Below are positions 1 through 11,996 of a stretch of DNA of 64,000 bases, piece by piece. The notes beneath the pieces are model-generated. The model did not search any database and was not told the DNA's origin. It saw only the letters and a program-made list of their open reading frames with translations. This DNA comes from Phyllosticta citribraziliensis (taxonomy: Eukaryota). The DNA lies in assembly GCF_038025025.1 (NCBI RefSeq), contig NW_027117351.1, positions 124,001 to 188,000 of the forward strand, given 5' to 3'. The position numbers and the translations under genes were made by a program. How positions within the stretch are numbered: the first letter of the stretch is position 1; every line of letters starts with the position of its first letter.

Positions 1-1460
1 GTCTCGACGAGTCGGAAATGTCGAATAATCGCCGCTTGGCGGTATCTTTTTCAGAGAGCAGCTTTGCCAGAAGCTTCTGATTGGATTCCGTGTCCGGGTC
101 AAAATCAAAATCGTCCCGAAGGACTTCCACCATCAAAAGATACGGCACGCGCTCAGCACTGTTCAAACTCGTCGCCTCGGCCGGGTTCAGTCGCACGATC
201 CGATGATGCTTACTCTGCGCGGCCGATCCACCCTCGAGAGTCGGGGGACAAATCAGGGGGATGTCCACTTCGGCTGGGAGGTCCTGCGCAATGAGAGCCA
301 GCTCGGCCCGCAGCGCACTCAGGCGCGCAGGTTTCGGCACGACGACCAATCTGTTGGAAATATCCTCCAACGCGCTCAGAAATTGTGTCTCGCTGCGAAA
401 GTAGTTTGAGCGCAGAATGTGCATTTTTTGGGCTCTAGAAAGACCGCTCGGACTAACATGTCTCGAATCGTGGGAATGTCGGCGAGTGGGTTTCTGGAGC
501 CAGGGCGCGAGACCCGCCGTGGCTGGAGGCGTCGGTATTGGGGATATGTTCTGGCTTCGAAAGTCTGGGAGGGAAGCAGAACTCAGTCGCGCTTCAGCGT
601 TGGTCGCTTTGAGGATTTGTGTAGATGGCTTCGGGAGGTTGCGCTTAGCCAAAGGCTTTGGAGGAGGGCCTTCCAATTCGAGCACCGGCAGCTTCGTGCG
701 CGAGATTGGAGATGTTGGAGACGGCGGGCCTGACGCATTCCGCTCATGTCGAGATCTCCTTTTGGGCGCATCTCCAACCGTATTGCTTCGCGACAATTTT
801 TGAGGCTGGGTCTGGGATGCGTCTGAAATGGTTTCGACCGTCACTCTGGGCTTCCGTGCCTGCGCTACCGCCAGGGGACCGGCATGCCTGGGTAGAAATG
901 GTGCCGCAACGCTGGCGAGTATGATGCTTGACAAGACGGTGATGGGCAAGACGTTGTCCTTGATCCTCTCCCTCCTGGGTACTTCGGTTGCGCCAAAGAC
1001 GATGCTCTGCACCTTGTTGTAAAGCCTGCGACAGGTCTTGAAAGATTCGGACTGGGGGGTCGCAGCGAGGTCGTGAAGGTAGGTTTGAAAGAGCCAAAAG
1101 GTCTGGCGGTCAGCAGAGAAGTTGATGAGGGGGGAGAACGTACCAGCAAGGCAGCATTGACGGATTCTTCGCACAAGTCTATGATGAATTCCTCCAGGGC
1201 CATTGACTCGTTCTCGACGCTGATGAGGAGGTGGCATAGCTGGGGTAGGAAGAATTCAATCTCCTCGTAGGAGAACTGGCGCAACTTGGAGCACAGGGCA
1301 TAGTGAATGCCAACGTGGTCCGCATAGCGACTGATGGAGTTAGCTGGAGGACGAAAGTTTATTGCGGGGGGGCGACGGACGAGAGGTAGGCTACGCTGAG
1401 TGAGGGATCATTGTTGAAGTGATCCGACTCGATGAAGCGCTCCAACAGGCTCCAGCTCAT
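1..1460 (-). CDS. PIK1: Phosphatidylinositol 4-kinase (PI4K III-beta type), 5' part; runs off window start
   Basis: Spliced translation MSWSLLERFIESDHFNNDPSLSVAYLS-RYADHVGIHYALCSKLRQFSYEEIEFFLPQLCHLLISVENESMALEEFIIDLCEESVNAALL-TFWLFQTYLHDL matches the Pik1 N-terminal helical (LKU/PIK) domain. GT-AG introns at 1331-1380 and 1103-1143. Confidence 0.93.
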
Positions 1461-1944
1461 CGGGAACAGCTCATCAGACGTGCGGCGGCGTAGGGGGAGG
1501 AGTGGTAGCGGGCATGGAAGGGCATGGCATGGCTTGCTTGGCCACCGACGGCCGGCGGAAGGTGCAAGGTATCCATCGGCGCTTCGGCGACTTCACCTCA
1601 ACCTCGTCGACCTCGACGACGACCTACCACGACCCGCCTCGCTCTCTCGTCCCATTTCTCGTGCAAAGAAACCAGAAAAAGCAGTCCTCTCAAAATCTCC
1701 CGCGACAAGATGCCTGCGGCGACGCCTCCGCCGACGCCTCCGCCGAACGCCTCCTGCGACACGACCCTCGCAAAACAACCCAACCTTCTCGTCAGGCACC
1801 GTGCAAGCCCAAATGTGACGGATCGATTGTCGTATACTCTGTCTACGGACCTGGTTGGCGGTTCTGCATCTCATCCAGTCTGCAGCTTGCTTTTGCGGGT
1901 GCCAATTCCACCATCCCCGTCTTGTTTGCTTCTCCCAAAACGCC

Positions 1945-2952
1945 TCATGTCCGCGGCCCCATTTCGTCCACGGCCCTCGCAAACTCGTCAGTGCTGCTCA
2001 AAAAGCCCCAGGTCTTTGCAGCATTGTACTCGATGCACTCCTGGCTGAATCCGGGGCTCGTCGTCCCGGCCCCGTCTCCCAGCAGCACACAGTCATAACC
2101 CTTGCTAAACGCGTCGGTTAGCGTCCCGCTGACGCATTGATCAGTATTGACTCCTGCGAAGAGCAACGTTCGGATCCCTTGGTCTTCTAGAAATTCCTCC
2201 AGTGGGCTTGACTGGCCCCACATTCCAGACATCCGATTCTTGTGGATCCACACGTCCGGCGTCGAGGGCAGTCTACTTCCCTGCCGGTACACCTCGTCGA
2301 GTGGCGGGTAGAGTGCTGCGTTCCATGTATCCCGCATCAAGAGGCGGCCGGCGTCGACTTGTTTGCCAGAATCCATCACCACAGTGCCGCAAGGCGAGCC
2401 CAGTCCGCGATAGATGCGCCCGTCCTTGCCGTTCTCGAGGAGCACGCTACCTCCGAGGTGTCGCGTGTCACCAAACTTGTCGACAGCGATCCCGTTTGGC
2501 TGTTCCTCAAACGGGCTGGCCGGCACTGTCTCGAAGGCCTCGAATCCAAAGGCTCGCTTGACGGCTGGTGGCATGGTCTTGACGTCCTCGTCCGTCAATC
2601 CCCAATTGAGCCAGACCACTCTCACGCCAGCCTTGCGCGCCGCGGGAATTGCATTATTCACAAGGCTATCCGCGGCAGCGTGGCCGGGACCCTTGCTGCG
2701 GCCAAAGGCTTCCGAAAGAAAAAAGTTTTGCATGTCGATGATGACCAAGGCCGTCTTGGCAGGTGAAAGAGTTACCGAAGACGTCGTCGTCTTGAGATTC
2801 AAGCCAGGTTTCGCGCCATGCTCAGTGTGTGTGAGGTCGAAGCCATTCCGTGACGAAAAGAGCCAGAAATTGTCGGCATTTCCAATGACAGCGCGGCGTT
2901 GCATGATGAGGTTTTGGTGAGACAGGCGCGACGAGTGCGGACTTGAACTCAT
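1945..2952 (-). CDS. Isochorismatase/cysteine hydrolase family protein
   Basis: Single ORF with TALVIIDMQNFF, HKNRMSG and LLFAGVNTDQCVSGTLTDAFSKGYD, giving the D-K-C catalytic triad. The true start may be the second Met (MQRRAVIG, ~2904). Confidence 0.92.
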   Translation of the reverse strand: MSSSPHSSRLSHQNLIMQRRAVIGNADNFWLFSSRNGFDLTHTEHGAKPGLNLKTTTSSVTLSPAKTALVIIDMQNFFLSEAFGRSKGPGHAAADSLVNNAIPAARKAGVRVVWLNWGLTDEDVKTMPPAVKRAFGFEAFETVPASPFEEQPNGIAVDKFGDTRHLGGSVLLENGKDGRIYRGLGSPCGTVVMDSGKQVDAGRLLMRDTWNAALYPPLDEVYRQGSRLPSTPDVWIHKNRMSGMWGQSSPLEEFLEDQGIRTLLFAGVNTDQCVSGTLTDAFSKGYDCVLLGDGAGTTSPGFSQECIEYNAAKTWGFLSSTDEFARAVDEMGPRT

Positions 2953-4888
2953 TCCAAAGTGGGATTGAGTTTCCTATCTTGCCTAGACGGGCGCTATCGA
3001 TGAGGGGTAGACATGTTTGATAGAGCTGCCAGACTTTTCAGACATGTCACTGACTGCATTTCTGCCACTGTCATCTACTCTTGAGATTTGAATACAACTT
3101 GGGACTTGTGGGAGTGGGAGAGGTGGTTCTTCGCTCCGTCTCACGTGATGACAACTCTCAACCGCCTGGTTTCGTCGAACATGTCAAGTCGACGACACGG
3201 GCCATGATTGTTTCTTCGGGGCGTCGAGGCGTATCCTTCGAGCTTGCGCTGACCGATGGCTGGCCTGCGCAATGACGGTCATCACGTGCGGCGAGGGCCA
3301 AGAGGGAGGACATGGACGGCGAGAGGTCCGGGCCCAAAAGCAACACCACACACCCACCTGCGCTTGCAGGACAGGGCAGGGCATGCACGTCGGCGGCAGG
3401 CATGCGGTTCAACACCATGTACCACGTCCACGCCACAGCCTCCTGCCGGTGCAATCCACTACCCGGGGGAACCACCCTGCCGGTCCAGGGTACGCCAGGG
3501 ATCTGACAACGTCCCGACTTTCCCAAATCCAATGGTCACACCTTGCCTGCCCGTCTTTCGTTGCGCCATCTTCACCTCGGCCATCTGCCATTCTCGACCT
3601 GTCGTACGGCTTCCTCCCCCGAAATTCAAGACTCCTTTCTTTTCCCATGGCCGCATACTGCTCAGGCATACGCGGCTCTCTGCGTGTGAAACCAGGTCGT
3701 AAAAAACGATCCTTCTTCGTCGATCACCCTTGGTCGACTCGAAACATCTGCATCCTACCCTTCGGCTTACCGGCTGATCTACCCCAGAGCTGGCTGGCGT
3801 TGATGCCTGACTGGGGTCCTCCCTTTCTTTGCCTCCTCCCTGTCTTCCAGGCTCGCGGTCAGGGCGGTGAAAAGGAAATGATGAGATGGTTGCTTTGCAG
3901 CAGCGCTACTAGCAGCGGCAAACTCCTCTGCATCCACGTGGTCTAGCCCAAGGGTGACATCATGAAAAGCCCAAACCGTCGTCATGATACGCACCGTGGC
4001 CAGCGCGTCGAGCAATCAACAGCCCTGGTGGTACCACGGTATAGTCCTGGGCTCTTGATTCTTGAAGACTGCCCTGCGAACCGTGGCTGACGCCATGGAC
4101 CCTGAGAGGGTGTTGATTCAGTCCCTGCGGAAGATCAGACCGTTGCAGCAATGTGACCGTTGTGGTGATAGATCGAGGCAAGCCTTTGTGTTCAGAAAAC
4201 CACCTCTGGACACAACCTGGCAAATTGACCAAACGTTGGAGCAGCAACTTGACGGCTCGATGCATATTGGAAACTCGCTTGGGTGGCTGATAGCGACCCT
4301 CTCTTCCAGACCTCTAATACGGCTAGCTGCAATTGCCAACGCATGTTGTCTGCAGACCGCCTCTTTTGCTGCTCTCATTGTTGTACCATGTTGGTTTCCA
4401 GAAGGATGGCTGCCCCCCATACCTCAGCTTCGCGGTCTCCGCCGCAGACCGATCGTGAAGACGCAAAGAAAAACGAGATCGCGTTGATCTGCGCTTACCG
4501 GATCCGATTAGGTTGAATTAGAAGCACGGTGTCTTGCTATTGTGGGCGAAATGTCCGAGTTTCTTCTTCAAGCAGCCCTGACAGGATCCACTGAGGATGC
4601 GCCGAGCGCCGTGCTCTCTTCCTGCAGACGAGGGGATATGCATCTTTATTTTTCATTTTTTATTTTTCCCTCGAGATTTGCGATTTGCGCGCCCTAACTC
4701 CAAATTGTTACACAGACCTTGATGGGACCATTCAATGCCTTGGGCAAGGTCGTGTGAGGCACTGTGGGTTCGTTGGCAGATTTAAAAGGCAGGTAATAAG
4801 GCACCGGTCCAGCCTCTCTTCTCCAAGTCCAAATCTCCATCTTCCCTGCCTTCCAAACATCTCCACTTTTTTCACTACCATCCTCGCC

Positions 4889-5713
4889 ATGACTGCTCTC
4901 CGGGCAATCCTCAATGAGACAGCGCCGGCGTCATCTAGCCCGGCCTCCTCGGGCTCAGCCGGCCGACGCACTAGCAATTCTTCAAGCTACTATTCGCCTG
5001 CAACAACATACTCTGGTCTTCCTTCTCCAGTCATGAGTCCCATGTCTCGCGGCCTCGAGAGAATGTCTCTCGACTACGTTGCGCCAGGAAGTCGACCATC
5101 GTCTGGCCCCGTCTCATCTGGCTACGCTGCCCGCTACGAACAAGAATACGGCCACCACTCTAGAAACTACCACGCACAATACGCCAATGCTTATCCCCCA
5201 CAGGGAGCAGCAAATTGGGCATCAGTCAACGGCGCACGCCATAGGCCCAGCACTGCCGAATCTGGCAGTGGCCACAGCCCCACGAATGAATCCGACTACG
5301 ACCTGGATGGCTACTACGTGAGGTCTTCGACTGCCTCAAGCTCCCAAAGCGAAAACGCGCGGCGCGATCCTCGCCACGCCTACGGAGAGGAAGAGCGCGT
5401 CTTCATCATGGTGTGCGCCATCCTCAAGGGCATGTCCTGGAAGGAAATCGAGAAGCAATTCCGCGTTCGATTCCCTCCCGGAGGCAAGCGCCGCCACCCA
5501 GAGCCTGGACTCTGGAACACGTACCCCGATAGAGCCCGCACAGCCGGTGGGCTGACCTGCGCTTACTACCGCATTCGCGAGCAGTGGGGCATCGAAAAGG
5601 TTCGAGGCGTACCGGACGACCTCAAGACCGACGTCAAGGGCGTGGTGAGGGAAAGAGTGTTGATGATGAGCCAGTTTCCGGATCTCCAGGAAATGGCCAA
5701 CCGCTGCTGCTAG
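4889..5713 (+). CDS. Fungal hypothetical protein, Ser-rich N-terminus plus C-terminal putative Myb/SANT-like HTH
   Basis: ATG at 4889 in good context (cgccATG) within the 4685-5713 ORF. The C-terminal PRHAYGEEERVFIM...MSWKEIEKQFRVRF...RTAGGLTCAYYRIREQWG has HTH-like aromatic spacing. Confidence 0.75.
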   Translation: MTALRAILNETAPASSSPASSGSAGRRTSNSSSYYSPATTYSGLPSPVMSPMSRGLERMSLDYVAPGSRPSSGPVSSGYAARYEQEYGHHSRNYHAQYANAYPPQGAANWASVNGARHRPSTAESGSGHSPTNESDYDLDGYYVRSSTASSSQSENARRDPRHAYGEEERVFIMVCAILKGMSWKEIEKQFRVRFPPGGKRRHPEPGLWNTYPDRARTAGGLTCAYYRIREQWGIEKVRGVPDDLKTDVKGVVRERVLMMSQFPDLQEMANRCC

Positions 5714-8700
5714 TTTTTGTTTCGGTTTTCTTCTTGGGTCCACTTTAATATCTTCTTGCATCGAAGAGTGTACTGGAGTTGTCTGTTTTTCACCTGGATC
5801 ACGCCCGTCATGTCAGCGTGCGCTCAAGATTCCCCTACTCTCTTGGTAATGCTGTTCTGGGGCTGGCGACCTGGAATAGAATGCCGACTCGGCCCACGAA
5901 ACAAAAAAAGGAGTTGTACGGTCTTTTCTCTCCACCTTCCAGTCTTTCTTCCCTTCAGCACTGTTACATTTGGGCTTAGCTTGAATATTACATTTGCATT
6001 TCCTCAAAATCTGCTGTGCTTCATGCCACGTTTTCTGTTCTTCACAAGATGCTCCTGCTGCGACACCACATTTTTTGAATATTCAATCTAGTCGATGAGA
6101 CCCTGAAGATCTTCAGATCAATTTTGTCATCCCCGAGAGTTCCTCGCCATCCAGACAGGATCATTACGCAGCGGCTGACCACCTACCAGGTACTTGGTGA
6201 GACATGGCTCCCCGAGATGATCTGCCCGGCCTCCGTCAAGAAACGCCGGGGCTACTGATGTTCAGCCATCCGAGTGGTGGGCGGTTCTCCACTTGGTGGG
6301 TGTGGCTGCAGAGTCTCCGGGTTGACCGATCAATGCTTCACGCTCGTCCACATCAGGAAAAAAGTGCGCCGCTGTGCCGATGGATGTAAGAGAATCCCCG
6401 TTCATTCATTACCTGCAGGCCTGAAGCATCTACAATCCGTGGAGGCTTGCGGTTGATCTGGGCTTTATAAGGAGTTCAAGGCCCCATCCCCACGACGGTG
6501 GATTTACAACCTGAAAGATTCTGGACCAGTCATTATTCATTCTTGGAGAACTCGATATCGGATCAAGAAGTTAACAATTCAAACAGTCAGGACTACCTGA
6601 GAATTCACCGAACGAAAAAATCCCAAGTCTGTCGACGACTGCCACACGAAGATCGCCAAGTAGCATCCAAGCTGCTACATTCTACGCGCATCGTACCCGA
6701 AAAGACTGCACCGCAACTTGTCTCATTAGGCACCATACTTTGCAAGAATTGACTGCATTTCAGAGACACTCGGTACCCAATTGCAGCCACAGGACAGATA
6801 CGAAGTGATGTCGGCTTCGATGCAACGGTTCGCCAAAACCCCTGAAACGAACATTCCTGAGATGGCGGCTAGCCTACGCATGATGCAACCCTCGAAAATT
6901 TTCATGGCTCGATTCCGTCGTCAGAGGGATCCCTTCTCCTCATTTCGCGGCTTGTCGTGGTCGAGGTCGCAGGTGGGAGGACAGAAAGCTTGTTCGACGG
7001 AGCTTGCTCCGTAGGAAATTCTGACATCACCGCGCATGGGGAACATGGCTGTTGCAGCCACAATGACCACGTTCCCTTCCCGTGTTCGCCAGTACTCGCA
7101 CGACGCCTCGCGTACCCATACATCCAAATGGGCAGATGGGCCTAGATCGAATCCAACGATTGGACCGGAAACGATGCGCACTCAGTACAACTCTGCCGTT
7201 GTTTTACACCTGCAGACCAGTGACGGGCGCTTTCACACTCCCAAGGGATGCTGCGGTGCGTCGAGGGCCACGGCCGGCCTAGAACGCTCCAAATGGCTAC
7301 GAATGTAGGATCTACAATGTTGTGGCACGGATGATCGTCGCCAAACGAGCGTTGGGAGCTCTCTCCATTCCGACCCGCCTCAAAGACCGTCATTCTTGGT
7401 TGCTGTCGCGGTGGGAAATGAAAAACTCGATCAAGGCACGGCGGTCAGCACGCCATGCGTACACGCAGCGTCCACGGATTCCGGAGCTTGTTCCTTTTCC
7501 TTCGGGTACAGTACAGGGCTCTTCCAAGGCAGTTCTACCCTACGTCATTGATCGCGTCCCGCCCGTCTGACCTCGCGGGCGCCTGCCAATCATCAAACGC
7601 CTGGCTGATCATATTTCGTCCCGTCTGGTCACTTTCTTCCTCTACAGAGATGAGGGTCCAGTTCGACCGAAAGGGCCGATCGACGTCCGTCACACGGACT
7701 CTCCCTCCCTTCCTCCACACTCGCTTCGCCCGTGTCCTGGTTTGCTCGGAAAATGCAGCCGAACCAGTACCAATCAGCCAAATCGCATGCACGGCGGCAA
7801 CGCCGCACGCACATAAGGCTACATCGTTGTCGCAGTCTGGTGTGTACATGACCAGGATCATGCGCATGCCCCCCGTTTTTGGTTCAGGGTCCGCCGCCTC
7901 ACTATTATCGGTCAATCATGGCAGTTCGACAGCAGTCTTCGGCCTGCTTGCTCGCTTGCCGGTAAAATTGGGCGCGACCCGCCAGCGAGGCTCTCGTCGG
8001 ACGCGCCATGACAACCTACACCATCACCCCATGCGGTTTTGATTTTTCCTCTCCCATACATGCGCGTCAGCTGTCAGCGGATTCGTCCACGCGGCCCAGC
8101 TCTCCCTCTCCTTGCCTCGAGGGATTCGTATACAGAAAACTGCTCCTGCTTGCTGCCAGCCCGGACTGGGCTCCGTTCGCTGTTTGACATGCAGGTCGGA
8201 CAGACTTGCAGAGTACGAGATGTATTTTGTTTTGTGAGATTCAGCCCGCCTGCATGGATCTGTCTTGGAGGCGAGGGGAGCGAGGCTTTGGACGTCGAGA
8301 CAGTTGATGGCGGGCTTTCGAGGTCGAGTGACTGTCTGGCAAGAAGACTGAATGCGCTTTAAGTCTGTTCGTGGGGCTCATTGCTTGTTTTGCGGCCGAG
8401 GGGGGTCCTACCCACGCCTGGTGGTCCAGATCATCCCCTTTGGGCGGTTCTGTCTGAATCATGAACCCTCGCAAGTCCCGCACTCTCTCACAGACATGCG
8501 GTAATGTCATGATGCTCTCCGACGCCACCAAGTCTCTCCCTTGTCCTCTCTGACACGCCACGCCTGCTAGTTACCTTTGTTCCATTTCACAGCATGCCCG
8601 TTCCGCCGCGTACTCACCACCCCGACTCAACCAAAATAGGATGACTTAGCAGCGCGCAAGCAACAACTCATAGCTGGAAAGGGGCGCTCCCCATTCGCTT

Positions 8701-11700
8701 CGTGTGGTGGTGCATGGCATATCTGTGTGCCAGTCAATCCACCTACCCAGCTCGCACAAGATCAGGAAGGACGAAACGAGCGGCGGCTATCTACCTACTG
8801 ATGCCTGTCGTCTGGACTGCTTCCTTGCCAGCCTTGCCTCACCGGGGACTAACCACCTCCTGTTGCTGCGGCCTGCCCGAGTCCCAATCACACACGCGAC
8901 CTACATGCTCTTTCCAAAGTGGGCTGCTTCCTACGTCTGGACACTGCGTCTGATCCGTCTACCTGTCTACCTGTCTGTTTGTTGTCTGTACCTCCTCACC
9001 TACTGCGGCGTCAACGGCGGCCATTTCCAGTCGAGTCGAATCCAGTCCCTTCACTCTGTTCCTCCGTCTTGCACGCACAAAGCCTCTCTCCAACCCCTCA
9101 AGCAAGCGGACCAACAACCCCGTTCGCGTCGTCGCCGCGCTGCCCCTCCTACGTATGCACTCCGTATGTACACTCCGTACACAAACTAAACAGACATGGA
9201 TGCTGCTCTCCATCCATCCATCTGCCCGCATAAGTGCAGCAAGACGTACATAGACTTTCCAACACACAGGATCTCGCACACCCCCTTCCTGTCGCGCAGC
9301 GCAGCCCGGCTGGCTGGCCGGCGCGGTCGTGCATCCACCCCTCCGTCCTTCCCAGTCCTGACGTGCCCGCCTCGCTTTTCCCGCTCGCCCTGACTGGCTT
9401 GCCCTGCATCCTACATGGACATGCCTGTACATACTGTGCAGTGCATACCGCTGCCTGCGTGCATCAAACAACAGCGCAGCAGCGGCGGCGGCCAAACACG
9501 TCGACCATGTGTGTGGCCTCGAAACAGAGTATGTAGCCAAGTTAGCGTTCCGAGACGGGCGTTCTCGACGCCGCTGATCTCCTGGCGTGGATCCTCTTCC
9601 AATGAGTGGTTGACGGATTGACTGACTGACTGGCCGACGGACGAGGCTACGACGTTAACGCGGGGTGGACTCTGGAAAGAGCTCCGCATGCAAGTGAGTG
9701 CGGTAGTCGCTTTGGAGAGAAGGAAGGCACTCGGCCAACCACTTTTATTGCTCTGCATCAAAAAAGGCATACGTCAGACTCAAGACTGTCCCATATCACC
9801 TCTCTGTCCATCTCCTCGTCTTCTCGTTGTCGAAATGGTTCTTGCAGTTCCGCATTGGGTGGTGAAGGGATGGCCGTGCCATCCATGTTAGATGTACATC
9901 TACATGTACATGGTGTGGGGTGGATCTGTCTATATGTATTGTACATTAGTTGCGCTCTCCCCTCGCATGAACCACCACCACCCGCTGCTGCTGTTCAAAA
10001 TAGGATTGTAGTTTTGGTGTTTGGGCTGGGTTCGTTTGGCGCTGATTCGCTGCTTTTCCAAATGACATGCTGCTCGCTGTCGTCGACTGGGTTGATCGCT
10101 GACTTTCAAGTGCTCGTCGACTGTCCAAAGGGGGGTTTGGCCAGTCTCCCTCTGCGAGTGCGGTGTCTGTCACCTTTTCCGAAAGGCTTCACCTCACCAA
10201 TCACTCACTCACCACCGCCACCCTCCATTCCAACAGGCCGGCCGGCCGCCTCACCCCCTCGCCGCTCATGAGTGGCTCACCGTCCAGCCGGCCATTCGTC
10301 CGCTCGGCCAGTCAGACAGCCTCGACTCCAGGCAGGCAGTCAGCGCGGCGCCGGCCGTCCGCGCGATGGTACCTGTCACATTTGTCTCGTTGTGGCGTTT
10401 TTGCCGCCTGACGTGCCGGTGTGTCGGGCCGGGGCGGGCGCGGGGGCGCGGTGGGTGGCGTGGCGTGCTGACACGGCGTGAGGGACGTGAATGGTGGGCT
10501 GGATAGATTGCTGGATGCGGGTTGCTATTGGTGGGTTAATTGGTTGGTCGTCAACGTCGGCGGACGTGTGGCCAGTTTGTCGACCGAGGGACAGGATGGA
10601 GCATCGCGAGGGAAGGGAAGGAGGGAGGAAGGAAGGGTTTGCCAGCCTTGAGAGAGCAGATGGCGTTGGTGGTTTTGCAGTCAACGAGTCGATCGGTCAG
10701 TCAATCAATCAGTCTATTGAAGGCGAAGTTGGAATGACAGCAAAGACGCAGGAATCAGGAGCAGCAGCAGCGTTGCCCTCTGTCGTGACCATGGCAGCGT
10801 GCGTTGACTCGAACACGCACCACAGCACGTGTCACCTAGCCAACAGGAAAGACGACACTGAAAGCTCAGACTCGGGGCCAGGGCCGGAGCCGGGCTCGGG
10901 TGTAAGGTTGCTCGGACGAGGGAGAGACGGAGAGGAGGAAAAGTGATCGTGTGAAAGATGGGCGGGCGGCGAGGAAGGCGACGACAGAGGTACCTCATCT
11001 ACCGTTCCTTGGTTTGATTCCCTTTTCACCTCTTTTTCTTAAGCGAGAGCAAACCGGACAAGCAAGAGGGCGCAATCACCACAACCAGCAGAGCAGTAGC
11101 AGAGGCAAAGGCAAAGATGATAGAAACAAGCGACAAAACAAGAGTCCAACAGTCAAACAGACAAAGGCTGTCTTCATTGCTGCCCCATTACCGTCATCCT
11201 GACTCCATCTTTCTCACAGTCCTCCATTCTTGCGTGATGTTTCTTTGGTTCTTCATTCTGTACTCAGTCTTTTTTCTTCTCCTTTTTTGATTTTAGTCAC
11301 CTGCATCCCACGCTTCATCAATCTGAGCTACTCCCTCCATCTCCAAGGCCCGTTAGTTACAAGTTAATTAGTCCATCAGTCAACTGTTCGTTCGTTCCTT
11401 TTCTTCCTCGTCACCGCATGGCAGAATGGCGCAGATTCGCGACAAAGGCATATTATGGTACAACAAACAAACGATGGATCGATAAGAGAAAAATCCACAC
11501 TCTGCAACAAGCACCAAAACAGCCAGTAGTCAGTCAACCAACACCTCAAACAATCAGATCCCCTACACATCAATGGAGAAAGCAACATCGACTGTAGATG
11601 CTGGTCCTTCTCTCCCCTCTCCCCTCCCACAAGCCCGCGCCTCCATCACCACGTCCCCCATCCCCGATCCCCACACGATCCCAGATGCCCACGTCCCAGT

Positions 11701-11996
11701 CTACCTTTGTACCTACATCAGACTACCCCCAGATCGCCAGCAGATCTCTAGATCGTGGGAGAAGGTGCTGCATGCAAGTGTGTTTGACGTCTTTTTGTGC
11801 GCCTACCTGAGAGGGTGGAGTGGGAGATGAGAAAGATATACATGGATAGTTTCCGTGCTGTTTGTTTGTTGTCTATTGCTCTTCTTCGTTCTTCTTCCTC
11901 TCTCTCTCCGATTCTCTCTGATCTATGTGATGGGGAAGAGCAGTGTGTGTACGTCTGCCCGTCTACGATCCTATCTACCTCTCTTTGTCTCTCCCT

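Noticed and set aside
1502..2098. Plus-strand ORFs between PIK1 and the isochorismatase, including a 12-nt tandem repeat at ~1717-1755
   Set aside because: They overlap the hydrolase 3' end, have no recognisable motifs, and are most likely UTR/promoter sequence.
3081..4516. Several 100-224-aa ORFs between the isochorismatase and the 4889 gene
   Set aside because: Overlapping on both strands, with no codon bias or motifs; cannot support a gene.
11234..11328. GTGATGT...CTGA possible box C/D snoRNA
   Set aside because: Imperfect C box, U-rich low-complexity interior, and no terminal stem or recognisable guide.
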